DNA from: Octopus vulgaris
Lineage: Eukaryota
DNA: 64,000 nt
Direction: 5' to 3'
Assembly: GCA_951406725.2 (NCBI GenBank)
Contig: OX597826.1
Span: forward strand, 82,832,001 to 82,896,000
Position numbers and translations under genes: made by a program. Below the pieces are notes generated by a model, which was given only the letters and a program-made list of their open reading frames with translations, was not told the origin of the DNA and ran no database searches. Positions 52,662 to 64,000 of this stretch are shown one piece after another; within the stretch, counting starts at the first letter, position 1; every line of letters begins with the position of its first letter.

Positions 52662-52667
<6 letters not shown>
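52430..52667. repeat. 238-bp fold-back palindrome (head-to-head pLTR relic)
   Basis: About 90-bp arms 52430-52520 and 52577-52667; central perfect 12-bp arms 52531-52555; hammerhead-like CTGAAGA..tggac-GCAA-gcgc-TA at 52547-52579. Confidence 0.9.
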
Positions 52668-52714
<47 letters not shown>

Positions 52715-52779
52715 GAGGTGCTCCAGCATGGTCGTAGTCAAATGACTGAAAGAAATAAAAGAATACATATATATATATA

Positions 52780-53035
52780 ATGCTTATCGCCACATCAATA
52801 TGGCTGTTCGATGTTACTACCGTTTTTAACCGCAAGAAGTGTCTCCTCCAATTGGTTATCGATGCAATCTTCACCCAGTATTTATTACAGGCAGAGGAAG
52901 AAACCTCTACCATCCAGCAGAAGACGGGATCACCAACCCGAACGGTTTCGGGCTATTTGTGTCCATCTTCAGTAGTGAAGACTCGCCCGCTAGAGATAGC
53001 AGGGATTCGCTCCAGCTCGCAATATTTAGTAAACC
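52780..53035 (-). mobile_element. Probable Penelope-like pLTR repeat homologous to 11800-12055, with hammerhead-like fold at 52930-52978
   Basis: Reverse strand tcacta-CTGAAGA-t-ggac..gccc-GAAA-ccg/cgg-GT-tggtga. Confidence 0.6.
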
Positions 53036-53249
53036 AAGTTACAATTAGTCATTCATCTTGCAAGATCAGTGACTGAACTATAAAACATATGATGTAAATG
53101 TTTAGCTGAAAACGTCTTCTTTCCCTGTGAATACAAGTCGAAGGCTACTATGGTAACCGATGATGGATTTGCTGGCCGAATGTCCAAAGTCACTCTCAGT
53201 GTTATCTTTGTTGATAAAATATTTGTAGTCTACAAATAATTTTGAGTAA

Positions 53250-53286
<37 letters not shown>

Positions 53287-53970
53287 ATACACATACACAC
53301 ACATACACACAGGTATATATTGTTGACGTCATAAAAATTATATAATCTTTCGAGAGAACTGCAGTATCATAATTGAGATATACGGATGCACAAGTTAGAG
53401 ATATGATTGTATCGTGTATGTAGGAGTAAGCGCTTGTAGCTTACGCGAAGAGTTGAAAGGGCTGCGGAAGAAAAGTGGTGAGAATACAATATAATGAAAG
53501 AAGCATTCTTTATATTATCGACATGTTGTACAGAAGCACAAGGAATACATAAAGAATATGGAAGTAAAAATTCTTTTCAGATATTCAAAGGCCCTCAAGT
53601 GAAGGCAGATGACGGAAGCCGTACAAACACAACAGTTAGATTCTCCCCACCACCACTACCACAACACAAACACGCACGCATATACAACAGAATACACGCA
53701 CATACGCACCTACACACTCTACAATAGGAAAACATTTAAACACTTACACACAGTAAGTTGACGATAAGAGTAAAACTGACGACTTAACCACAAACATGGG
53801 CGCAGGTGTTCAAATGCTGGCAAAACCAAAAGGGGACAAAAGGAATTCTAACAGAGACATTAATGTATAACTCACTTACCTCATAGATGTAGCACTACAA
53901 AGAATCCAATTCCTCGTTTGGGAGTCCATTCCCAATGGAAAGTTCAAAGAGGTAATGGAACGAAAATATT

Positions 53971-54026
<56 letters not shown>

Positions 54027-54076
54027 CATTAACAATTATAATAGGTGGCAAAAAATTCTACAAAATTTTCCTTGCC

Positions 54077-54218
<142 letters not shown>

Positions 54219-54558
54219 TCCTACGAACGAAGGATTGTTTAAGTGAATCATTTGTTAATAGGCGAAACCGCCGGTCTGCGATTAATTCTTGTTTTTTATA
54301 TAATATTCATCTGTCTTGCCCGCATATTGTTCTGGTGTCCGCTGAATTTTTCTCTGGAGAACATTCTTTTCTTTGTAGTTTGCTCGTAGGCGATCTATTT
54401 CTAGCATATGGCTGACCACATAGTGGTTTTTAGCCCTTTAAATATACACATGTATTAGAATTTTCTCTGATTTTTCAGATTTTTGTAGGCTAGGCTACTG
54501 GTTTTAAATTGATATTAATTAAATTAATATTCAATTTATCTCCCTCATTATTTAAATG

Positions 54559-54597
<39 letters not shown>

Positions 54598-54637
54598 GTA
54601 TACGCATATATATGCATATATATACTCGCATATATAT

Positions 54638-54721
<84 letters not shown>

Positions 54722-55133
54722 GGAGAGCAGCCTTGAAGAAGTTTAGTCTAATTGAATTGACTCTAGTACATTTTTTAACCTATTGCTTACTCTGTCGTTA
54801 CTCCTGTTGAACCACTAAGTTATGGCTTCCTAAACACAGGTACACTAGTTGTCAAGTGGTGATGCGGAACAAACACAAACACAAAGACACACACAGGCAC
54901 ACAGACACATGCACACATACGCACAGAGAAAGACACATACGCACGCTCACACACACACACAGTAGTGAGTGGACAAACGAAAGAAGAGCACTCGATACAT
55001 TTATTGATTGTGTGTTACATCATGTACGGATCAAAACAGTTTGATTCAAATTCGTTGGTACTCCGGGAGTTTCAAGCATGATATTGAATTTGAATTACAC
55101 ACACTCACACACACACACATACATACATATATG

Positions 55134-55690
55134 TGTTTATTTTCTGTTATCCCTTTCTGCTGAAGAGCGTAGGCTCGAAACGTAAAAGACTTTCTCCCAT
55201 TCCTGATTGTCAAACTAATACTCCTATTCTTTGGACTTACACATCTCAACTACGGTCTGAACTTTCTACACCTCTCCTCACCTAAGTATACCAGCAATTC
55301 ACCCGGATTACTACTGGATATACTTATGGGTTTCACTGGACTCTTCTGTTGATGAAAATTCGCTGAAAGATACAACGACGTCTGAACTTTTTTGAACTTT
55401 TATACTCCATACGTCATTACTCTGCCTTTCTCTCTCCTTTTCTTCACACTTTTTTTCGTTGTTCTCTTTTTTCCAGCATTACAAATCGTGCCTCCTCCAA
55501 TCTCCCCTTCGTTTTACTTTCCTGTCAAAACATTTTTTCTCAACCAGTCGCCATGCTTAATCGCTAAAACCACAAGTTTTTTTTTATTCTCTGTCTGTTT
55601 ATTTTCTTTAATTCTTTTTTATTGAAGGACGTAGGCTCGAAACGCAAAAGACTTTCTCACTTTCCCGAGCGTCAAACTAATATACCTCAT
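55134..55690 (+). mobile_element. Non-coding element bounded by about 90-bp direct repeats, each with a hammerhead-like motif (Penelope tandem pLTR or retrozyme-like)
   Basis: gtaggctcgaaacg.aaaagactttctc..gtcaaactaata at about 55169 and 55631; offset 462 nt. Confidence 0.7.
55153..55188 (+). ncRNA. Minimal hammerhead-like motif
   Basis: cttt-CTGCTGA-a-gagc-gtag-gctc-GAAA-cg-TA-aaag. Confidence 0.62.
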
Positions 55691-55734
55691 TGTTGTTCAC
55701 ACACATATATATATATAATATATGTATGTGTATG

Positions 55735-55802
<68 letters not shown>

Positions 55803-56053
55803 ATTCATACATACATGCATAGATACTCAGACCAGCAGGTTATCATAGCATAGTAGACATTCACTTAACAGGCTCATTGTGCGAGAGAACTCCTAAGTAC
55901 ATGACTGGGAAACTGAAGTTTAAGTCATGCAATCATATCCACTTCAATATGTTTAGAGAGACACACACAGAGACATGGAGAGAAATAGCGATACATACAT
56001 GCATGCATATGTGTGTATGTGTACCAATGTATATACGTATATGTATGTACATG

Positions 56054-56101
<48 letters not shown>

Positions 56102-56343
56102 AATACATACACTCACACACACACATGCATACATATATATTCGCATAGATATAGTACTATGTTTGTACATTTAAGTACATACAAATAGTATATAATGAAA
56201 CATTGTTCAACGTACAAAACAGAATTAATAATAAAATCAAGCAAACTGATATTTCACTGAAATTACCCTAGTTTCGGTTAGTGCTTATCGATATTACTCG
56301 TTACGAGGCTTATAGCTGCTTCATCTCTCTGACTCTCTGTTTG

Positions 56344-56400
<57 letters not shown>

Positions 56401-56552
56401 ATATATATATATGTCTGTGTATGTGTGTGTGTGTGGTGTGTGTGTATATATGTATATATATATGTGTGTGTACATGTGCATATATGTATGACTAAGTTTG
56501 CAAACTATATCTACTTACACACACATGCATATGCGCGCACACACGGAAACGC

Positions 56553-56589
<37 letters not shown>

Positions 56590-57361
56590 ACTCTCATTAT
56601 ATATATATATATGATATATATATAAATATATACACACATATACATATATATATATTTGCGTGTGTATGTATATACATAAGATATATATGTGCCATGTGTA
56701 AGTATATATGTATAAATATAATATGTTTGTGAAATATTTATGATATAACTACACTGTATTGACGATATATGTTATTCTTATTAGCCGAAAGCCATAAAAG
56801 TTATTTTGATCAATTATAAAATTTTAGTTTCTTTGCTTTGATCATCAATCTCCAAACTAAAGTCAATACAACAAACCTATTCTCATAATATTTCTATTTG
56901 CTCTGTTTTTCATCTATCTATGTTTATTCTGATTCTTGTTATCAACATTGCTTTTGAGCTATTTATTAAATTTCATCTGGCTAAATTTCATAACAAAAAT
57001 TCTACTCGATTGTTTCAAGGCACTACATTTTAGGGGTCATTCTTTTGTATAATTGTATACTCTAATTTGAAAGAGAATTGCCTGTTATTTTTAGATTTTC
57101 GTCTGATTTTGTAAAGGCCTCCTGCGAAAGTAAATACACTGAGCACGTTCGATCTCAAAACTAAGCATTCAATTGCATACTTGTCTCTCTCTAATAAAAT
57201 CCCTCACTGCACAAGAAACCAGTCGCCCCGAAACTTGCATAAAAATAATGCTTTCCCGTTCTCGTATGGGATGTCTGCACGACCACAATCTATAATGATT
57301 GACTGGGATTAGGGTTGTATGAATGTGAGTCTCTTCTGGATGTCGACACGCATATGCAAAC

Positions 57362-57430
57362 ATATGTATGTATGTATGTATGTGTGTATGTATGTATGTA
57401 TGTATGTATGTATGTATGTATGTATGTATA

Positions 57431-57466
<36 letters not shown>

Positions 57467-57640
57467 TGTATGTATGTATGTATGTATATATGTATGTATG
57501 TATATATGTATGCATGTATGTATGTATATATGTATGTACGTATGTATATATGTATGTATGTATGTATATATGTATGTATGTATATATGTATGTGTGTATG
57601 TATGTATATATGTATGTGTGTATGTATGTGTGTGTGTGCG
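57362..57640. repeat. (TATG)n satellite
   Basis: Direct inspection. Confidence 0.97.
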
Positions 57641-57654
57641 TGTTCTTTTATTCT

Positions 57655-57853
57655 GTTATTCTTTTATATATTTCAGTCATTTGACTGCGGCCTTACTGGA
57701 GCACCGCATTTAGTCGAACAAATCAATTTCAGAACTTATTCTTTGTTAACATAGTACTTATTCTATCGGTCTCTTGACAAACAGCTAACTTACGGGGACG
57801 TAAACACACCATCATCGATCGGGAGACAAACACAGGCACACAAACACCTGCAA

Positions 57854-57922
<69 letters not shown>

Positions 57923-57959
57923 TATGTTTGTGTGTGTGTATGTGTGTGTGTCTGGGTGT

Positions 57960-58012
<53 letters not shown>

Positions 58013-60075
58013 CGACGGGCTTCTTTCAGTTTCCGTCTACCAAATCAACTCACAAGGCTACTATAGACTCGAGGCTATAGTAGAAGACCCCTGCCTAAGG
58101 TTCCATGCAATGGGACTGAATCCGGAGCGATGCGGTTGGGAAGTAGGCTTCTTTATTTCATTATATTGGCCATACAAGGGCTTTACATAGAGATAGAAAG
58201 CTGCGGGCTGGACACAGACATATGAAATGAAAAATGAAAATGATGATTAACGGTGGGGAGGGGGAAGCGACGCCCGCCGATCGTTCTTTCCCGAGAACAT
58301 TGATCTCTTATATTTTTCATGAGGCAACAAACCTCCTTACACTGTTCAGAATATTCAATAACAAAATGAGGCGCTAAGCCTCTCACCTTTTATCCCCAAA
58401 CTAGGAACTTTCAATAACACTGAGGCTTTTCAACCTCTTATCCATATTCCTTCCCAGCATCGCTTGTGACCCCCATCCTCCGTCATCACCCACGCCTCAT
58501 TCAAGCACAAAGCGGGTAACGTGTCGGCGTCGCCCTGCCACACGCGATATTCCTCGTTGAGTCCCTCCAGCCTATGCAACACGGGCAACGTTATGACCTC
58601 CACAGCTATCTGCGGACGCCATTCGGCATCCCGTGTGCAGGCTAAAGGTACTCCCTTATCCTGCTTTCCCAACACCTTCTCTATCTCTCCGCCTCTGTAA
58701 AAGAAGACCAATAATTCATCTTCCTCCGGGGACGAGATAGTCACTTCTATCGTCGGCGGCACAATTCCCACCGACAGTCTCTCTTCCCCAGCCGGTGGCA
58801 TTTCGGTACCGACTGCCGGCAATGTTCCGTTTCTCTTTCTCTTCCTCTGTTTTTTCTTCTCAACTGAGGGAGGGAGGTTGCGTCTCCTCTGTGACCGGTA
58901 GATTTGCCTCCCTTCCCTCATCCCTAGGATCCTTCCGTGAGAACCCATTGTTGCTCACCTTCTTCCTCTTGCAGCCCTTCTTTGAGGAGTCCTCCGCCTC
59001 CTCGGCCGCCTTCGTTCCCTCTTCTACAGAGGTCCCAACCAACTGCTCCAGGACCTTACTTTGTTCCTAGGGAGAATTTTTCTTTATATCGCCAGGCTCG
59101 AGGCACCGATGACACCTGGGGCGGGGGGCACCCTCAAGAATCACCGGGTCCCTGCACTCGGCCATTTTCAAACAACCTAGAAATACCAGATTTTTGGCTG
59201 ATTGTGTCCACAGGGTCAAAACCGCTTTTGACCCCACCCAATCAGCCGCAGGTAAAATTTTTACATTGAGGAGCTTGGTTCCGCTGCCACCCAGACCCTA
59301 GCGGGGTGGCAGTGTCTTCTATCCAATCGGGTTCTATTCCGGGTTTGGGTCGGACAATTTCCCACTCCAAAACATTGTCCTTGTTCTTTGCCATGTTTTT
59401 CTTTGAACACAAAGTTCAAACACAGTTCAGGATAAAAATTTTAAAAAAGAAGAAAAAGAAAGTAGTCAGAAGAAAGTCTCAACAAAAGGAAGGAAGAAAA
59501 AAAGAAAACAGTTCAATAAAAAGAAAGTCACAAATAAAAGATAGAAGAAGTAAAGAAAACAGTCTACAGTTAAAACAAACACAGCAAGCAAAAAATCTTT
59601 TGGCCATTAGGTAATCCAGCCTCACTTGGTACTCCAATTTCAACACGGAACGCCACAACTTGGAACACTGCTTTCACAAAAATTGGTAAAAAAAGTTGTA
59701 TCTTCTAAATTCTCACAATTTTTGAAAAAAAAAAAACTATTCACTAAAAGTGAACAAATTTTTGGAAGCGAGATACGTCGCCAAGCACAACAATTCTCAC
59801 AATTAAGTGAGAAAGACTATTCACTCAACTTCAGGCAGACCAGAGTTCAGGATCCAGTGAGGACTTCTTGTTGGTAAAAAATAATAATTACAGCAAACAA
59901 CAAACCGTCACTGGACCCCCAAAAAAGAAAAGTCTTACCTTACAGTTGAGCTTCTTTTACAATCAATTCTCGTCTGCTGCAAACCAGCGTAACGACTTTA
60001 ATCAGTGGTACGAACAAACAACACTGACAACACGCATGCGCAGGAAGCAAGCTTCTTACCACACGGCAACGCCTG
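57655..60075 (-). mobile_element. SINE family B, full length, split by a LINE-like insertion (SINE parts 57655-58153 and 60043-60075)
   Basis: 3' part ttcagtcatttgactgcggcc.., middle tacgacgggcttctttcagtttccgtc.., head resumes with ggaagcaagcttcttaccacacggc at 60043. Confidence 0.85.
58154..60042 (-). mobile_element. Tx1-like element carrying only a degenerate ORF1 (HAL1-like), 15-bp TSD
   Basis: Long T-rich 5' UTR; ORF1 remnants IEPDWI and VILEGAPRPRCHRCLEPGDIKKNSP (decayed CCHC knuckle), K/E-rich tail; 3' end ggccaatataatgAAATAAA; TSD ggaagtaggcttctt / ggaagcaagcttctt. Confidence 0.72.
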
Positions 60076-60082
60076 AATATGC

Positions 60083-60141
<59 letters not shown>

Positions 60142-60269
60142 TATGTATGTATGGATGGATGGATGGATGGATGGATGGATGAATGGATGGATGGATAGAT
60201 GGATGGATGGATGGATGGATGGATGGATAAACGCAATAAGTAATAGAAATAAACAAACTAGGTTTTGGA

Positions 60270-60680
60270 ACTGTGAAAAAATAAAATATGTCCGTTAGAT
60301 TCAAAATGTAAAACCAGGAACGTTCTCTGCAAATGTAAATTAACCTCTGAGGGTAGAGAATACTTTTATATTGGTGCTTGCTCACTTTATTTTTCAAACA
60401 AAGACTCGCTAATCACCGGAATTCATTTAGTGATAGGAAAAAAATAAATAGTTCAAGTTTTAGTAAACTAATTTGGTCAACTAAAGACAAAAGCAAGAGC
60501 TATTCGCTCCACTGGGAATTAATTAGTACAGCTAAGCCTTATAAAATAAGGGGGAAAAGATGTGACCTCCGCGTAGAGGAGCATTACTAAATATTTACTT
60601 GAAAATATACATTAATAAGCATGAAAAAATAATAAGCACTGGAATGCCTACACACACGCAAATGAACTTTTAAACAATGG
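60270..60680 (+). mobile_element. Penelope-like GIY-YIG endonuclease fragment
   Basis: [43 protein letters not shown]. Confidence 0.88.
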
Positions 60681-61239
60681 AGGTGAATACATTGGACAAT
60701 ATACAATACTAAAAAAGGAGGAGCCAAAATGAATTGGAACAAACAAAATTACTTGAATGCAAACTCTCTGAACCAAAGTTAGCGAAACGCAGCTATTGAG
60801 AGATAAACTAATAACATTACAAAGACAACAAGCTCAACCTTGACTTACTTTTAGACCAAGTTTCAACCTCCATCAACGCAGAGGTGAGCTCAAGGTTTGG
60901 TTCTTGTAACTATAAATAGCAACATCCCTACTTTCTACAAAATAATATCTCACAAAAATAATAATAGCAGGATTTGAAGTAATCGGAATTTCTGCTTCAC
61001 GTTGGAAATAGTTGAACACTTTGGTGTGATGTTTGATTAGTTTGAAATAGGGAAGGGTATGGAATTCTTCAAGAGAAGAGGCAACTGGTTATGAAACGGA
61101 GACATTTGCTGGGGGAAATGCACTTAATTTGAGTGGTTGTTCTGTTAGAACAAACTTTACTGCGAGAGAAGCCAGGCATTAAAAATTTGTTCTGAGAGAA
61201 CATGCATGTTTAAGTGTTATAAATATAAACTCTGTGTAT

Positions 61240-61454
61240 TAGTACCGCCTCTGGGAAATAACAATTGCTACCCAAGGACAAATACTCTCATTCGAAGGTG
61301 GAACATTGCCATTGAGACAAACGGTGACTACGTTGAGAGGTAGGGATGTGATCCACAGAAGACTGGCTTCGTTTTGACATATGATACATGTTCCTGTGTT
61401 GGTAATTATACCTGTCCTAAACAAAATGGCATTACTTTTTGACTCACCCTCGTA
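61240..61454 (+). mobile_element. Mariner 3' end with TIR
   Basis: RWNIAIETNGDYVE C-terminal motif; TIR cattactttttgactcaccctcgTA. Confidence 0.82.
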
Positions 61455-63002
61455 CAATTGCTGCTTTGTTGAAATACCCTTCGGCTTACTCTCGATTCCT
61501 GGTACAAGTATTTCCTTGTTTGAAATTTCTGAAAATGGTAACTTCTTACCAAACCTTCTCCGTGTATATCGAATAATTCTGCAACTCAAAAGAAAGGCAA
61601 TGCGCAAGACTTCTCGGGATGTCTGCGAATGTTGGAATGAAGATAGGCAGCTTCAAAAGATGCAACGGTTGGAATCATTTTGATACAATATTAATTGCAA
61701 CAGTGTTCGACAAATCGAGTGCTGGATATTAATATTAAACGGGGCGACGGATTGGGACGATTAGGCAGATACAGGAACGTTTTATTCGGATAGCATTGGT
61801 TACTCTTGGCTGTGGTAGATGTATTTCTGGAGTAAACTGTCCCCAAATCCCTATGGGAATTGTAAAAGCGTCACTAATGTATATATAGTTATAGCGAGTA
61901 TGTATGGGTATGTGTAAGTGATATATGGCGAGAATTCAGAAGCCATATGACTTCCAGCCGAAACTTTAAACCGCACAACCATGTCTCCATCCTCGCATGC
62001 TGTCTATTGTACTTGTCCGTCGTGAAATGTTTTAGAAACGAGGTAGGAAACTAGCATATATTAAAGAAATGTTAACAGGAATTTATGGTGCGTACATTAA
62101 TGCAATATATGTGTAATTTTAATGACTGTGAGCGGGAATTGAAACATGTTCGGTGATATGACTTGATATCGGATTACTCGTCGCTCCATTGCACAGAGAA
62201 GAGAACTGAATTCATGAAAATACTTTTTTTTTTCTTTTTAGGAAATGTCTTTTGCATAATCCAATATTTCTGCATCAACAATTTTAAGCTAAGCGTTGTG
62301 TTGCCTTATGGTTCCGCGAGATAAAGCTCTGGGAAAGCTCTTTATTAGCCCTACACAGGCAATCATGTTAATTAATCTCACAGAGATAAAAAGTCTGAGG
62401 ACTTGGATTTCTCTTCATTAATTAGACTAGTTTTGTGGATGTGAGACATTTGATTATTTGCTTTCAGATTTATTCTTAGCCACTGTTTAAAGTGCCTTGA
62501 TGTCATTTGGTCTTTGGACAATACTGGATTAAAAATATGATAATGAAAAGGATAATGGTATCCATAATAAACCTACCTTTGTCTTCTCCAAGCACACCAA
62601 ATGCGGACAATAAAATATTTATTATGTTAAAGAGGATGAGGCTCAAAACACGTTCAGGTAGAGAGGAGCGATTCTGAATAGATTCACATGCTCGCGCCCA
62701 CAGACTCACACATACGCGCAAGCATGAGTAAACATACAAACATTGATTGTGTATGTGTGTGTGTGTATATATATATATATATAGAGAGAGAGAGAAGGGG
62801 GAGACAGAGAGAAAGATAGAGAGACAGAGAGACAGAGATAGAGAGACACACACACAGAAGGAGATATTATTAATCTCTAGTATTGTAATGAATACTTTTT
62901 CCGAGAATTTAAACTATATTCATATATTACACTTACACATACATACATATGCACACACACGCACACACCCATACAAACACACACACACACTTATATGTAT
63001 AT

Positions 63003-63031
63003 AAATAGTAATAATAATAATGATGATAATG

Positions 63032-63101
<70 letters not shown>

Positions 63102-63116
63102 TAATAATAATAATAA
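63003..63116. repeat. (AAT)n microsatellite
   Basis: Direct inspection. Confidence 0.97.
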
Positions 63117-63148
63117 CTAGAAGGTGGATTTGATATTAATCTTAATTT

Positions 63149-63254
63149 TGTACCACGGTCGTTTCGACCCAACCTACTACTGTCCCTTTTGGGTGGGACT
63201 CCGTTCAACATATTGTGTTGCATCCATTTTGCAGTCTGGGTCTCATCAGGTACA
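63149..63254 (-). ncRNA. Type I hammerhead ribozyme with long stem II insert
   Basis: tgtac-CTGATGA-gaccca-(about 65 nt)-tgggtc-GAAA-cg-ac-cg-TG-gtaca; perfect CUGAUGA and GAAA, N17 = G. Confidence 0.72.
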
Positions 63255-63389
63255 TCCATACATAAAATTGTGCCTATCTAAAGATCCTGGGTTTTGGTTC
63301 TCATGTTGTTAGGGAATGAAACATTGCTATAAACCTTTCATAATATTATTGTTTATATTTTAATTTTTATTCGAGATTTTATTTGTTTG

Positions 63390-63444
<55 letters not shown>

Positions 63445-63458
63445 TATATAAAAATGAA

Positions 63459-63760
63459 GGCGCGTGGCTCAGTGGTTAAAGAGTCGAGCTTTCAATTGGG
63501 TAGTGAATTCGATTCCCGGACCGGGCTGTGTGTTCTGTTCTTGAACAAGACACTTTATTTCACGTTGCTCCAGTTTAGTCAGCTGTAGAATTGAGTTGTG
63601 ATGTCACTGGTGCCAAGCTGTATCGGCATTTGCCTTCCCTTGGTGACGTTGAGTGGGGAGGCTGGAATGCATGAGCAACTACTAGTCTCCCATAAGCAAC
63701 CTTGGCCCGACATGTGCTTCGGACGGTAACATTCTGGGTACAATGCCATGGCCATTCATC
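63459..63760 (+). mobile_element. tRNA-derived SINE family C
   Basis: ggcgcgtggctcagtggtta (A box), gaattcgattccc (B-box-like), cttgaacaagacactttatttcacgttgctccag core. Confidence 0.85.
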
Positions 63761-64000
63761 TATATAGTTTTCATATTGATTGTGTATCTCATCACTCACT
63801 GAATATACGCTTTAATATTGTCTGCGAACTACTGGAATAATGCATCACTCTACATATGTATTATCAAGCTGAGTGAAATGGCGAGAGTAACAAACAAGGA
63901 ACTTACTTAAGAAATCACCTGAAGAGGTGCATTCTACACCTCGGGTGTAAGATAATGACTATGCAACAGCTCACCGATGAACTACATCTATGAGAATGCA

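Noticed and set aside
54262-54285. GAAACCGCCGGTC hammerhead 3' half (similar halves near 3385 and 39105)
   Set aside because: No upstream CUGANGA box or stem I; at most relics
61560-61700. Possible mariner N-terminal HTH relic in ORF 61381..61683
   Set aside because: Only faint resemblance; the ORF is a chimera crossing a TIR
63459-63530. tRNA gene
   Set aside because: A/B boxes are present but there is no complete cloverleaf and it continues into a SINE body
63917-63985. Hammerhead candidate CTGAAGA-ggtg...cacc
   Set aside because: GAAA is replaced by GATG, there is no clear stem I/III, and it is near the window edge

Overview
AT-rich, microsatellite-dense eukaryotic non-coding DNA. The repeat repertoire is characteristic of an octopus/cephalopod genome (inference from recognised SINE-like sequences, not verified by search). 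I find no intact host gene, rRNA, tRNA or CRISPR array, and nearly all long ORFs in the track are translations of simple repeats. The window is a graveyard of mobile elements: about 11 fragments of R4/Dong-like non-LTR retrotransposons (CCHC knuckle plus restriction-like endonuclease) stacked in TAA/TGA tracts, three Tx1/L1-clade LINEs (two with both ends and TSDs), several Penelope-like (GIY-YIG) relics with inverted pseudo-LTRs, mariner relics, one clean non-autonomous Helitron, and many copies of three tRNA-derived SINE families. The most interesting signals are about 11 hammerhead-ribozyme-like motifs (a tandem pair about 462 nt apart, a structurally covarying pair with a non-canonical cleavage site, and one with a long stem II insert), an ORF1-only Tx1-like element inserted with a 15-bp TSD into the tRNA-like head of a SINE, and several nested fold-back structures. 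None is proven to be a new system. Boundaries of degenerate elements are approximate.
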